This document shows, piece by piece, positions 45,491 to 54,383 of a stretch of DNA of 64,000 nucleotides. Source of the DNA: Chryseolinea sp. (GTDB taxonomy: Bacteria > Bacteroidota > Bacteroidia > Cytophagales > Cyclobacteriaceae); the NCBI GenBank assembly GCA_039930485.1, contig JBDTTT010000007.1, forward strand, positions 6,261-70,260, in the 5' to 3' direction. The notes beneath the pieces are model-generated. The model did not search any database. It was not told the origin of the DNA and saw only the letters and a list, made by a program, of their open reading frames with translations. Numbering within the stretch: position 1 is the stretch's first letter; every line of letters starts with the position of its first letter. A program made the position numbers and the translations under genes.

Positions 45491-45910
45491 CTATTTATTC
45501 ACCCTTATCCCAATCGACTGGAATGATTTTCCATGGATAAGAACATTTAGTTCTTTTTGTGTTTTCATAATCTCGTCTAACGGTAGTCCTAGTTCGGTGT
45601 GATAAATTTTATAGATTAACTCCCACTCTTCTTTATCCATAAAGCCATCGGAGTTGGCAATGACACTTAGCCAGGCAAGGCATCGGATTTGTTTTTTCTT
45701 GTCTAATTTTTTCAGTCCCGCAATACATTCAGCAAGTGTGGTTGCGCCATCTTTTGTTTTCAGCTCCTCCATCTGTGTCTTAAAGCTAGCCTCATCAATA
45801 CCTTCTACCTTTAGCATTTCCTTGCCGAAGGAGAGCTCCTTTTCATTCACATTATCATCGGCCAATACTAAGAGATGATACAGGCCGGTGAGTGTTGCTT
45901 TATAGTCCAT
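45491..45910 (-). CDS. Hypothetical helical protein, possibly TerB-like
   Basis: 139 aa. Paired amphipathic segments carry D/E-rich motifs (LVLADDNVNEKEL and VIANSDGFMDKEEWELI) reminiscent of TerB-family metal-binding repeats. This is a by-eye assignment only. Confidence 0.4.
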   Translation of the reverse strand: MDYKATLTGLYHLLVLADDNVNEKELSFGKEMLKVEGIDEASFKTQMEELKTKDGATTLAECIAGLKKLDKKKQIRCLAWLSVIANSDGFMDKEEWELIYKIYHTELGLPLDEIMKTQKELNVLIHGKSFQSIGIRVNK

Positions 45911-46003
45911 GTTAATACGATACGTCTTACAACTTAGTGGTAATGTGCTGTTGTAAAAACATACAAAACACCTTAACTAAGAATTTTACGTGATCATTTT
46001 AGT

Positions 46004-46327
46004 TCAATCTTTTTTGTTGTCTGTATTAATCTTATCCATATTCTTTCGAATGTTTTCTTTCACTGATTTTGGAAGGTACTTTTTCTTGCCGGGGCGTGGA
46101 CAATCCCATTCGGCAAGCGAAACATTTTGAATCGTTACGCGTGAATCTTTGCTACGTTGATAGGTTTCTGCATTAGCTTGTTCCTGATTGGCCCTGGCTG
46201 TAAATGCAGTTGGCCGGTAATGCGTGCGAAGCCTGGCTTCCTTAATTTTGGGGCAGGGTATTCTGCCCATCTGACAAGCTGTACATAAAAGAAGAAGTAA
46301 AATAATCCATCTAATCGGAGTCTTCAT
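46004..46327 (-). CDS. Small hypothetical lipoprotein
   Basis: The internal start gives MKTPIRWIILLLLLCTAC, a lipoprotein signal peptide. The rest is basic and low-complexity. An alternative start is at 46336. Confidence 0.45.
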   Translation of the reverse strand: MKTPIRWIILLLLLCTACQMGRIPCPKIKEARLRTHYRPTAFTARANQEQANAETYQRSKDSRVTIQNVSLAEWDCPRPGKKKYLPKSVKENIRKNMDKINTDNKKD

Positions 46328-46524
46328 AATGGTCATTTCTAAGGTGAATCTCAATTTACATGTAATAGAACGGTCTTCTGAATGCAATAATTTCAATGTT
46401 TAAGGTAATATTATTCTGGCAAAAGAGCCTTATACCCTTCGGTTTATTGCATTTCATTATAACCACATTTTATTCAAGTTGTTATAGCAATTTGTTGCGC
46501 TACCTTTGGCCCTATTAATTGAAT

Positions 46525-46911
46525 ATGAAGGATTTTAAGAAATACTATATCATTCCCGCTCCTCCTGAGGAGGTTTATCTGGCACTTACGCTTGCAGCCA
46601 CTATTCAACTGTGGTCAGGGGACCATGCTGAAATGTCTGCTGAACCCGGCACAGAATTTTCGCTTTGGGATGGAAGTATTGTAGGGAAAAACCTGGAGTT
46701 TGAAACCAGCAAAAAAATAGTGCAGGAATGGTATTTTGGTGATGAGTCAGTTGAGCACGAAAAATCAATTGTCACGATTAAACTTCATCCCGATGCGCAA
46801 GGCACTTCCGTGGAATTAAAACACATTAATATTCCGGAAGAGGATTATGAGGATATTGTAGACGGTTGGAATGACATCTACTTTGGTTCCCTTCGAGAGT
46901 TCTACGAATAA
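46525..46911 (+). CDS. SRPBCC-superfamily protein (Aha1/START-like)
   Basis: About 128 aa. The pattern PPEEVY.ALT....I..W.G........G..F.LW.G...G..LE is typical of AHSA1/START-like small proteins. Confidence 0.65.
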   Translation: MKDFKKYYIIPAPPEEVYLALTLAATIQLWSGDHAEMSAEPGTEFSLWDGSIVGKNLEFETSKKIVQEWYFGDESVEHEKSIVTIKLHPDAQGTSVELKHINIPEEDYEDIVDGWNDIYFGSLREFYE

Positions 46912-46965
46912 TTGACAAATCTGAGGAAAACTGATTTAAATGAAATTGTTCTAACGAATCTAAGA

Positions 46966-47175
46966 CTAGCTCTTCTTTAAAAATTCTGTTCTGAGTACTA
47001 TACTCGATCCGTTGATTCTGCAATCCACCTCATCTTCGTTGTCCGTAAGTTTAATTTTCTTTACAACGGTACCTCGCTTTAGATTGAGCGAAGAGCCTTT
47101 TACTTTAAGATCCTTAATCAAGGTTACTGAATCGCCATCATTCAATATATTCCCGTTACTGTCTTTTACTTCCAT
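46966..47175 (-). CDS. PhnA C-terminal-domain protein (no N-terminal zinc ribbon)
   Basis: KDSNGN.L.DGDSVTLIKDLKVKGSS..LKRGT.VK.I.L.....E.DCRI.G..IVLRTEFLKK matches the PhnA/YjdM C-terminal domain. I chose the start Met at 47175. Confidence 0.7.
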   Translation of the reverse strand: MEVKDSNGNILNDGDSVTLIKDLKVKGSSLNLKRGTVVKKIKLTDNEDEVDCRINGSSIVLRTEFLKKS

Positions 47176-47394
47176 GTCAATTTTCCTTTGAACGCGCAAG
47201 GTATGGAAATTTAAGGACGTTGCATTGACTAAACGATGTCCACTTTATAGAGTTCGGCAGTTCAATAACATTGACCTTCAGAAAATTAATCGGATATTGA
47301 ATATTGTGATCCTTAACAAGGTTTATTCTTTTTCTTCCTAATTTCTATTTGACCGCCTCAGAATTTTGTCGTATCAGTAATAGCCAACACCTAA

Positions 47395-47973
47395 ATGCAA
47401 TACTCGGATGAACTTAATTTAATTGAAAAGGTTCAGCGTGGCGATAGCCAGGCCTTTCGAAAATTAGTTGAGATGCATCAACGCTTTGCGTACTCCGTTG
47501 CATTTCGGTTTACGGGTAATGCTGCCGATGCTGAGGATATTACGCAGGAGGTCTTTATCAAATTGTGGAAGAACTTAGGAAAGTATAAACAAGGTATAAA
47601 ACTCACCACGTGGTTATATCAAATTATTACGAATCATTGTCTCGACTATTTGAAATCAGCATCGAGGAAAAATCAAATGAAGCATGTGGAGATGAAATTA
47701 AGCAGACAAGTAACAGATGAATCGAATCATGAACAGCAAGCAGAGGATCGTGAATTGCTTCAGATTGTTACTCATCTGGCAAAACAACTAACGCCCAAGC
47801 AACAAACTGTTTTTGTTTTGCGTGATCTCGAAGGACTTTCTGTTGATGAGGTCTGTAAAATATTACACATGTCTGCTGAAAAAATGAAAAGCAATCTCTA
47901 TTACGCCAGGCAGAAAATAAGAGAAGACCTGACACTGTACTACAAGGAATTCACTAAATCGACAATACTATGA
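47395..47973 (+). CDS. ECF-type RNA polymerase sigma-70 factor
   Basis: Region 2 (FRKLVEMHQRFAYSVAFRFTGNAADAEDITQEVFIKLW) and region 4 (VFVLRDLEGLSVDEVCKILHMSAEKMKSNLYYARQKI) are both present. Confidence 0.9.
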   Translation: MQYSDELNLIEKVQRGDSQAFRKLVEMHQRFAYSVAFRFTGNAADAEDITQEVFIKLWKNLGKYKQGIKLTTWLYQIITNHCLDYLKSASRKNQMKHVEMKLSRQVTDESNHEQQAEDRELLQIVTHLAKQLTPKQQTVFVLRDLEGLSVDEVCKILHMSAEKMKSNLYYARQKIREDLTLYYKEFTKSTIL

Positions 47974-48521
47974 ATTGTAAAAGAACGCATCAGCAAATTC
48001 ATTTATTTACGGAATTAACAAGAGAAGAACGAGACGAAGTTCTTAATCACATTAGCGAATGTGAACAATGTAGGGAGCTGGCCGAATCAATGAAGGTTAT
48101 GACTAATGTGCTAAGTCGAATTTCGATAATATCAGTTGAGCCGATGCATTCATCTCGATTGACGAACAAAATTATGTCTGAAATAAATAAATCGCAGGCT
48201 CAATCTTTCAATTTATTCGAATGGATTTTAACCTATATCGAATTGGGACAAGTGAAACTGGTTATGGCCGGAGTATCCCTTGTCCTGTTTTCTTTATTTG
48301 CGATTGAGCAAACACGATCTCCTGTAAAGGCAAACCAATATTCTTCTAACTCAGATTTTAACTCTGCAATCCTCAATGCTAGAAATTTTCAAGATCAATT
48401 AAGTAGTTATAAAGCAAGAGAAAAAAGTAGAACGATAAAGGCTTGCAGAAATTTGTTCAGCAAATCTAAATTAAGTGTTGCTTGCCTGCGCGAAAAGAGT
48501 TCCCGCTTTAAAACTTTATAG
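47970..48521 (+). CDS. Putative anti-sigma factor (zf-HC2-like, single TM)
   Basis: It overlaps the sigma gene by ATGA. It has an H-x3-C-x2-C motif (HISECEQC) and one TM (VKLVMAGVSLVLFSLFAI). Confidence 0.7.
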   Translation: MNCKRTHQQIHLFTELTREERDEVLNHISECEQCRELAESMKVMTNVLSRISIISVEPMHSSRLTNKIMSEINKSQAQSFNLFEWILTYIELGQVKLVMAGVSLVLFSLFAIEQTRSPVKANQYSSNSDFNSAILNARNFQDQLSSYKAREKSRTIKACRNLFSKSKLSVACLREKSSRFKTL

Positions 48522-48544
48522 TAAAATAGATAATCTCCGTAAAT

Positions 48545-49576
48545 ATGAAAATGAATTGGATACTTGCACTCGGTGTCGGAATGATGATCCTCTCATCATG
48601 CGAAAGACCGATGACCTTAGGGACAAAAGTTTACGAGGATGGAACATTTGATAAAACAATTGTTTTTGAAAAAGCAGATTCTTCCCTTGTTCAACAAAAT
48701 GTGTTTGGAATTAACGCTCAGCATGGATGGTCTACTTCTGTGGAGGAACGATCAAAACAAAAGAAAGACAATAAGGATAGGTTTCACATCACCTTTAATA
48801 AGCACTTCAATTCGATTGAAGAGATGAACGTTGAATTAAATTCTTCATCGGATACTCTTTTTCAAATCAAATCAACCTTTGAGAGAAAATTCAAATGGTT
48901 TTATACCTACATCCGATACACGGAGACCTTTACTCCTATCAATCGGTTCAAGATGCTTCCGATAACAGATTACATTAACAAAGAAGACTTTCAGTTTATT
49001 GAACGGTTGCCCAGTGAAGGGAGTAGCATTTCGAAAGCAGACAGTGTTTTTTTACAGACCCTAAATGAAAAAATTGTTGATCAGTATGCTAACATGGCAA
49101 TTTTTAATGAGCAATATGATATTCTTATAAGACTGTTGAAAAAGAATAATATGGAGGAAGGATGGTTTGATACATTGGCCCGCAAAAGAGATTACATCTA
49201 CAATCATATTGATAAAATGAAAGGTGATCCGAGTTTAGCAATGGAGATGGCAGATTCATTACAAATTCCGTTACCACGTGAAAAAGCAAAGAAGGATGCG
49301 GCAGAGCTTTCAAAAGATTTTAATAGCAGATTAAGTTTTATGGGTTTTGCCAAAGATGGTAAGTATAGGAATGCGATAGATATGCCGTGGCAAGTTGTCG
49401 AAACTAATGCTGATTCAGTTTCGGGAAATAAGTTGTTTTGGCACCCTGTGGCTACGAAGTTTTTAATTACTAACTATGTTATGTACGCGGAGTCTAGAAA
49501 ATTAAACATTTGGACTTTGGTCGTCTCAGCAATATTCCTTGTTGCAACAGCTTTTGTTCTGTTGCGGAAAAGGTAG
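48545..49576 (+). CDS. Hypothetical lipoprotein with a C-terminal TM anchor
   Basis: It has a lipobox MILSSC and a C-terminal hydrophobic helix IWTLVVSAIFLVATAFVLL followed by RKR. I do not recognise a domain. Confidence 0.45.
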   Translation: MKMNWILALGVGMMILSSCERPMTLGTKVYEDGTFDKTIVFEKADSSLVQQNVFGINAQHGWSTSVEERSKQKKDNKDRFHITFNKHFNSIEEMNVELNSSSDTLFQIKSTFERKFKWFYTYIRYTETFTPINRFKMLPITDYINKEDFQFIERLPSEGSSISKADSVFLQTLNEKIVDQYANMAIFNEQYDILIRLLKKNNMEEGWFDTLARKRDYIYNHIDKMKGDPSLAMEMADSLQIPLPREKAKKDAAELSKDFNSRLSFMGFAKDGKYRNAIDMPWQVVETNADSVSGNKLFWHPVATKFLITNYVMYAESRKLNIWTLVVSAIFLVATAFVLLRKR

Positions 49577-49815
49577 AAGAAAAATTAGATAACTGTATGA
49601 TATTGACAAGATCAAGTCACTGGTACACCTGACTGATTATCACTATGGGAAAGCCAATGAGCACGGAAGATATTTTAGAACTAATTAACGAAGAAGCTTT
49701 TGAGTCGCTGAATGAAAAGAAAGAAGAGTAAAACATTATATTTGAGTCTGTGCAAATGAAAATTGATTGAACGATGTACAATACAGTTACAATTTTTAAT
49801 ATAACTTGAACCAAC

Positions 49816-50424
49816 ATGAAAAAGTCATTCTTGCTCGGCTTTTCGTTTTTACTGGTTGCTTCAATTTCCTATTCACAAGGAAGAACGCACAGCGGTTTTT
49901 ATTTTTCGATGGGTCTTGGCCCTGCATGGGGAACTTCCAATGGTTACGATAACCAAGGCAGTGTTGCTATTATTACGGGTACTGGTGTAGAGTTTGACTT
50001 TCAAATGGGTGGATCAATTACAAAAAACATTATTCTCCACGGCACCATTACAGGTAAAGTGGTTGCGGGACCTCAGATAAATGGAACGGTTGTTTCAGAT
50101 GATTATTCACTAAGTGAAACTATGATTGGAGGTGGAATAACCCATTACACTCCTCGTAATTTTTTCTTAACTGGCAATTTGGGCGCAGGGAAATTTACAT
50201 TTTCACAGAGCACAGGTAACAGTTACAATTCCAATGACGTGTCAACAAAGTATGGGTTTTCCCTCTTGCTCAAAGCTGGAAAAGAGTTTTGGATTTCAAA
50301 AAAGCTCGGTTTAGGTGTAGCCGTTACCTATGGTAAAACTATGGTGAATAGTACGGAAGGTACTTACACTGAGAAGTGGAATAGTAATCGATATGGAGTT
50401 CTGCTTCAACTTACAATTGATTGA
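49816..50424 (+). CDS. Small outer-membrane beta-barrel protein (OmpW/porin-family-like)
   Basis: It has a signal peptide (LLVASISYSQG), Gly/aromatic-rich alternating strands, and a C-terminal YGVLLQLTID. Confidence 0.5.
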   Translation: MKKSFLLGFSFLLVASISYSQGRTHSGFYFSMGLGPAWGTSNGYDNQGSVAIITGTGVEFDFQMGGSITKNIILHGTITGKVVAGPQINGTVVSDDYSLSETMIGGGITHYTPRNFFLTGNLGAGKFTFSQSTGNSYNSNDVSTKYGFSLLLKAGKEFWISKKLGLGVAVTYGKTMVNSTEGTYTEKWNSNRYGVLLQLTID

Positions 50425-50519
50425 AAATATCATATTCATCAATTCTCGTATTTAGTTGACTTAATTTTCTTAAGTATTCAAACCTTTAAATGATGAATTC
50501 ATCGATTTTATTAATTCGA

Positions 50520-50601
50520 TTGTAGACTTTTAGATTTTCAAATTATCTTTTCTGATCTGCTTGTAGACTTTTGGATTTTCAAATTATCTTTTGCGATCTG
50601 C
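50520..50601. repeat. Tandem duplication, 2 x 41 bp (38/41 identical)
   Basis: ttgtagacttttagattttcaaattatcttttctgatctgc (50520-50560) is followed directly by ttgtagacttttggattttcaaattatcttttgcgatctgc (50561-50601). It ends 120 nt upstream of the 50722 start. Confidence 0.9.
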
Positions 50602-50721
50602 GCCATTGCTTACAGTCATTAGTTTCACTAAGTTTTAGATAGGTTAGTCGACCGATTGTAAATAAACGTTAGGAGGACACTTCTAAGTTTTGCTATCTTT
50701 AAAAATTAATTAAACTTCAGA

Positions 50722-53700
50722 ATGAAACGCTTCAACACTAGTATTGCTCTCTCAATTTTATCGGTCCTCACAACGTTGCTTTTTAGTAGTTGTGAACAAA
50801 AAGTAACAGATAAAAGAATCAAACAAATGGATCCAGCTGTAACAGCATCCATTGCAAAATCCATTGAGACTACTGTTACACCTCAACTCGCAGAAGGGCT
50901 TAATCTTAAACTATGGGGAATTGATTCATTAGTAGCTGATCCTGTGTCAATCGACATTGATGATCAGGGAAGAATTTATTATACCCGAACGAATCGCCAG
51001 AAAAATTCAGAGTTTGATATTCGTAGTCACCAGGATTGGGAAATTGAATCCATTCAACTTACCAATATTGAAGAGAAGCGTGCCTTTCTTCATCGCATTT
51101 TGTCTCCTGAGAACAGCAAGAAAAATGAATGGCTTGCTGATGTAAATGGTGATGGATCGCACGATTGGAAAGACATGACCGTTGAGAAAGAACATGTATA
51201 TAGAGTGGAAGATACTTCGGGCGATGGTGTTGCAGACAAATCGCAGTTAGTGGTAGATGATTTTCATGATGAAGTAACGGATGCTGCTGGAGGTGTTTTG
51301 AAATATGGAAATGATCTATTTGTTGACATTGGCCCTGACTTATGGCGCATCCAGGAAAATAAAGATGGCATTGCAGAGAAGACCACATCGATCTCTCATG
51401 GTTATGGAATTCACATTGGTTTCAGCGGACATGGTATGTCTGGTATTGAAGTGGGACCTGAAGGAAAAATTTATTGGCAGATTGGAGATATCGGATTTAA
51501 TGGAGTTGGCCCTGACGGACAAAAGTGGGAGCATCCCAACAGTGGTGTAATTGTTCGATCAAACCCGGATGGAAGTGACTTCGAAGTATTTGCTTATGGA
51601 AATAGAAACACACACGAGTTTGTTTTTGATGAATATGGAAATTTGATCAGTGAGGATAATGATGGAGATCATCCAGGAGAAAGCGAACGCATTGTATATG
51701 TAGTAAATGGAGCTGACATTGGATGGAGAACAAACTGGCAGTTTGGAAAATATCGCGATCCCGATAACAATACTTATAAAGTTTGGATGGATGAGAAGAT
51801 GTATGTGCCACGTTTCGAAGGACAAGCGGCTTACATCTTACCAACGATTAAGAATTTTGTAAACGGACCAACAGGGATGTTGTACAACCCCGGCACAGCA
51901 TTGAGTGATGAATACAAGAATTCATTTTTCATTGCAGAGTTTGTAGGGAATCCAACGCAATCCGGAATTCACTCTTTTAAACTGAAGCCAAAAGGAGCAT
52001 CATTTGATTTTGTTGAATCGAAAAGAATTCTTGGAGGAGTTTTAGCAACGGGTATTGACTTTGGTCCTGATGGTGCTTTGTATTTGGCCGATTGGATCGA
52101 AGGATGGGGAACAAAAGATCATGGACGCATTTGGAAATTGGATGTAAACAATCCGAACGTAGACGAACGCAAGCGTACTCAGGAATTATTAGGAGCTGAT
52201 TTCTCAAGCTATGACGATGATAAGGTAGGCGAACAACTAAAAAATCCTGACATGCGTGTGCGACAAAAAGCACAATTCGAATTAGTTGCACGTAGTGACA
52301 AAGGATTGGATATTCTTACGAAATACAGTTTGCAAAAAGAAAATCAATTAGCACGGGTGCATGCCATCTGGGGAATTAGTCAGTTTGCAAGAAAAGATTT
52401 GAAGCATGCACAATTGTTGTTGCCTTTGCTATCCGATAGTGATCCTGAAATTCGCGCACAAGCAGCCAAGTGGATTGGAGACGTGCGGTATAAAGAAGCA
52501 GGTGATAAATTAATTCCGTTATTGAAAGACGAATTTAGTCGCACACGATTCTTCGCGGCTGAGGCATTGGGTAGAATTGCATACGAACCTGCCATCAACC
52601 CGATTGTTGAATTAATCCAAAGCAACAATGATGTTGATGAATACATTCGTCACGCTGCAAGTTTAGCATTAGCAAGAATTGGAAAACCAGAACCTGTAAT
52701 TTCTTTGTCTACCAATTCATCGCGTGCGGTTCGTATTGCTGCTGTGGTTGCTTTGAGAAGAATGCAAAATCCTGGTATCAAAGTTTTCCTGAATGATGCC
52801 GATGAGTTTGTGGCAACGGAAGCAGCACGTGCCATCAATGATGATCTCTCTATTAAGGATGCGTTGCCAGCCTTAGGTAATGCATTGAGCAATTACAACT
52901 TTACCAACGAAGCCTTTGTCAGAAGAGCTATCAACGCAAACTTGCGTGTGGGAACGGATGAAGCCATGCAAAACCTTTTGAATTATGCGAAACATGATGG
53001 CAGTCCAGTGGCCATGAGGGCAGAAGCCATTGACGCACTGAGTACATGGGCAAAACCATCCGTGCTTGACCGGGTTGATGGACGTTACCGCGGAGTGATC
53101 ACGCGTGATCTGGCAACGGTGCAGAATAAATCAACTGATGTATTTATTCAGTTATTGTCAAATAAAGAATCAGTGGTTCGTCTTCACGCAGCAAAAGCTT
53201 CTGGAAAATTGAAAATTGAAAAAGCCTCAGCACAATTGTTGACGCGTTTAAAAACAGATCCAACACCTGAAGTTCGGGTTGAAGCACTTAACGCTCTTGC
53301 TGCAATAAAAGATAAACAGATTGATTTAGCGATTAAAGTTGCGTTGGCCGACAAAGAAAAAAGTGTTCGTGTAGTGGGTCTTGATCTGTTGACCACAATG
53401 GAAATTCCAAAAGAACTCATGGCTAGTCTTCTTACGGATGTAATCAATACGCGTACAGTCGAAGAAAAGCAAGCTGCAATTACTACTTTGGGTACATTAC
53501 CTTTACAATACTCAGAGAAAACATTTGATCAATTGCTTACTAAACTAGAAGCAAAAAAACTTCCAGCAGAAGTTCAGCTAGAACTTGCCGATGCAATTGA
53601 TAGCACGCACTCTAAAGTATTAATCGATCGATTTAAAAAACTGAGTAGCAATTCTTCTCCAGATTCTTTGAAGGCAGCGTACGCTGGAGCATTAATGGGA

Positions 53701-54123
53701 GGAGATCCAGGACGTGGAGGTCGGATTTTCTGGAGTCATCAAACTGCACAATGTATTCGCTGTCACTCGTTCGATGACTATGGCGGTTCAGCAGGCCCGC
53801 GACTCAATGGAGTAGCAAGCCGGTTAACACGTGAGCAAATTCTTGAAGCCCTTATTGAACCCAGTGCACGAATTGCTCCCCGGTTTGGCAGCGTTACATT
53901 AGAATTGAAGAACAACAAAAAAATCAGCGGCATTCTTCAGGAAGAGAAACCAAATGGTTTTGTTTTGAAGATTGGCGATAAGCCAGACACATTGATTCTT
54001 AAAACAGATGTAGTGAAGAGAATCAACTCAACTTCAAGTATGCCTCCAATGATTTATCTTTTAACCAAAAAAGAAATTCGTGATGTTGTTAGCTTCCTGG
54101 TAACATTGAAAGAGAATAAATAA
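50722..54123 (+). CDS. Large lipoprotein: PVC-type membrane-bound-dehydrogenase-like beta-propeller region, HEAT repeats and a C-terminal c-type heme-binding domain
   Basis: It has a lipobox LLFSSC and a central series of HEAT-like repeats (..D.D..VR..AA..LG......A...L..LL.D). A single CxxCH site (CIRCH, 53752-53766) lies in a context typical of the Planctomycete/Verrucomicrobium-type heme-binding domain. Confidence 0.75.
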   Translation: MKRFNTSIALSILSVLTTLLFSSCEQKVTDKRIKQMDPAVTASIAKSIETTVTPQLAEGLNLKLWGIDSLVADPVSIDIDDQGRIYYTRTNRQKNSEFDIRSHQDWEIESIQLTNIEEKRAFLHRILSPENSKKNEWLADVNGDGSHDWKDMTVEKEHVYRVEDTSGDGVADKSQLVVDDFHDEVTDAAGGVLKYGNDLFVDIGPDLWRIQENKDGIAEKTTSISHGYGIHIGFSGHGMSGIEVGPEGKIYWQIGDIGFNGVGPDGQKWEHPNSGVIVRSNPDGSDFEVFAYGNRNTHEFVFDEYGNLISEDNDGDHPGESERIVYVVNGADIGWRTNWQFGKYRDPDNNTYKVWMDEKMYVPRFEGQAAYILPTIKNFVNGPTGMLYNPGTALSDEYKNSFFIAEFVGNPTQSGIHSFKLKPKGASFDFVESKRILGGVLATGIDFGPDGALYLADWIEGWGTKDHGRIWKLDVNNPNVDERKRTQELLGADFSSYDDDKVGEQLKNPDMRVRQKAQFELVARSDKGLDILTKYSLQKENQLARVHAIWGISQFARKDLKHAQLLLPLLSDSDPEIRAQAAKWIGDVRYKEAGDKLIPLLKDEFSRTRFFAAEALGRIAYEPAINPIVELIQSNNDVDEYIRHAASLALARIGKPEPVISLSTNSSRAVRIAAVVALRRMQNPGIKVFLNDADEFVATEAARAINDDLSIKDALPALGNALSNYNFTNEAFVRRAINANLRVGTDEAMQNLLNYAKHDGSPVAMRAEAIDALSTWAKPSVLDRVDGRYRGVITRDLATVQNKSTDVFIQLLSNKESVVRLHAAKASGKLKIEKASAQLLTRLKTDPTPEVRVEALNALAAIKDKQIDLAIKVALADKEKSVRVVGLDLLTTMEIPKELMASLLTDVINTRTVEEKQAAITTLGTLPLQYSEKTFDQLLTKLEAKKLPAEVQLELADAIDSTHSKVLIDRFKKLSSNSSPDSLKAAYAGALMGGDPGRGGRIFWSHQTAQCIRCHSFDDYGGSAGPRLNGVASRLTREQILEALIEPSARIAPRFGSVTLELKNNKKISGILQEEKPNGFVLKIGDKPDTLILKTDVVKRINSTSSMPPMIYLLTKKEIRDVVSFLVTLKENK

Positions 54124-54151
54124 TTTGATTTGACCTAGTGATCTTTCTAAG

Positions 54152-54190
54152 AAAGGAGGAGCGACAGCCGATGTTGTCCTCCTTTTTTGT
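54152..54190 (+). terminator. Rho-independent terminator of the 50722-54123 gene
   Basis: The stem aaaggagga (54152-54160) / tcctccttt (54177-54185) is followed by a T-run. Confidence 0.6.
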
Positions 54191-54383
54191 TGATTATCAA
54201 AAGCCGATTAATTTCATAAGAACTTTGAACAACGGATACACAAGATCAATTGGTAATAAATTTTGTCCGCAGGCGAACGTATTATAATTACTATCGAACT
54301 GCCTGACCTCTCTCAGACTCTGTTTTCGCTGTTTTCTTAATGGCTTAGTGTTTGTATATCATGTCATCATTAACTTTTGTTTT

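Noticed and set aside
49617-49817. 66-aa minus-strand ORF in the gap before the small OMP gene
   Set aside because: It has an AT-rich, low-complexity translation and overlaps the start of the 49816 gene. No supporting features.
50520-50601. The tandem repeat as a CRISPR array or minisatellite
   Set aside because: There are only two contiguous units with no spacers, and no cas genes in the window.
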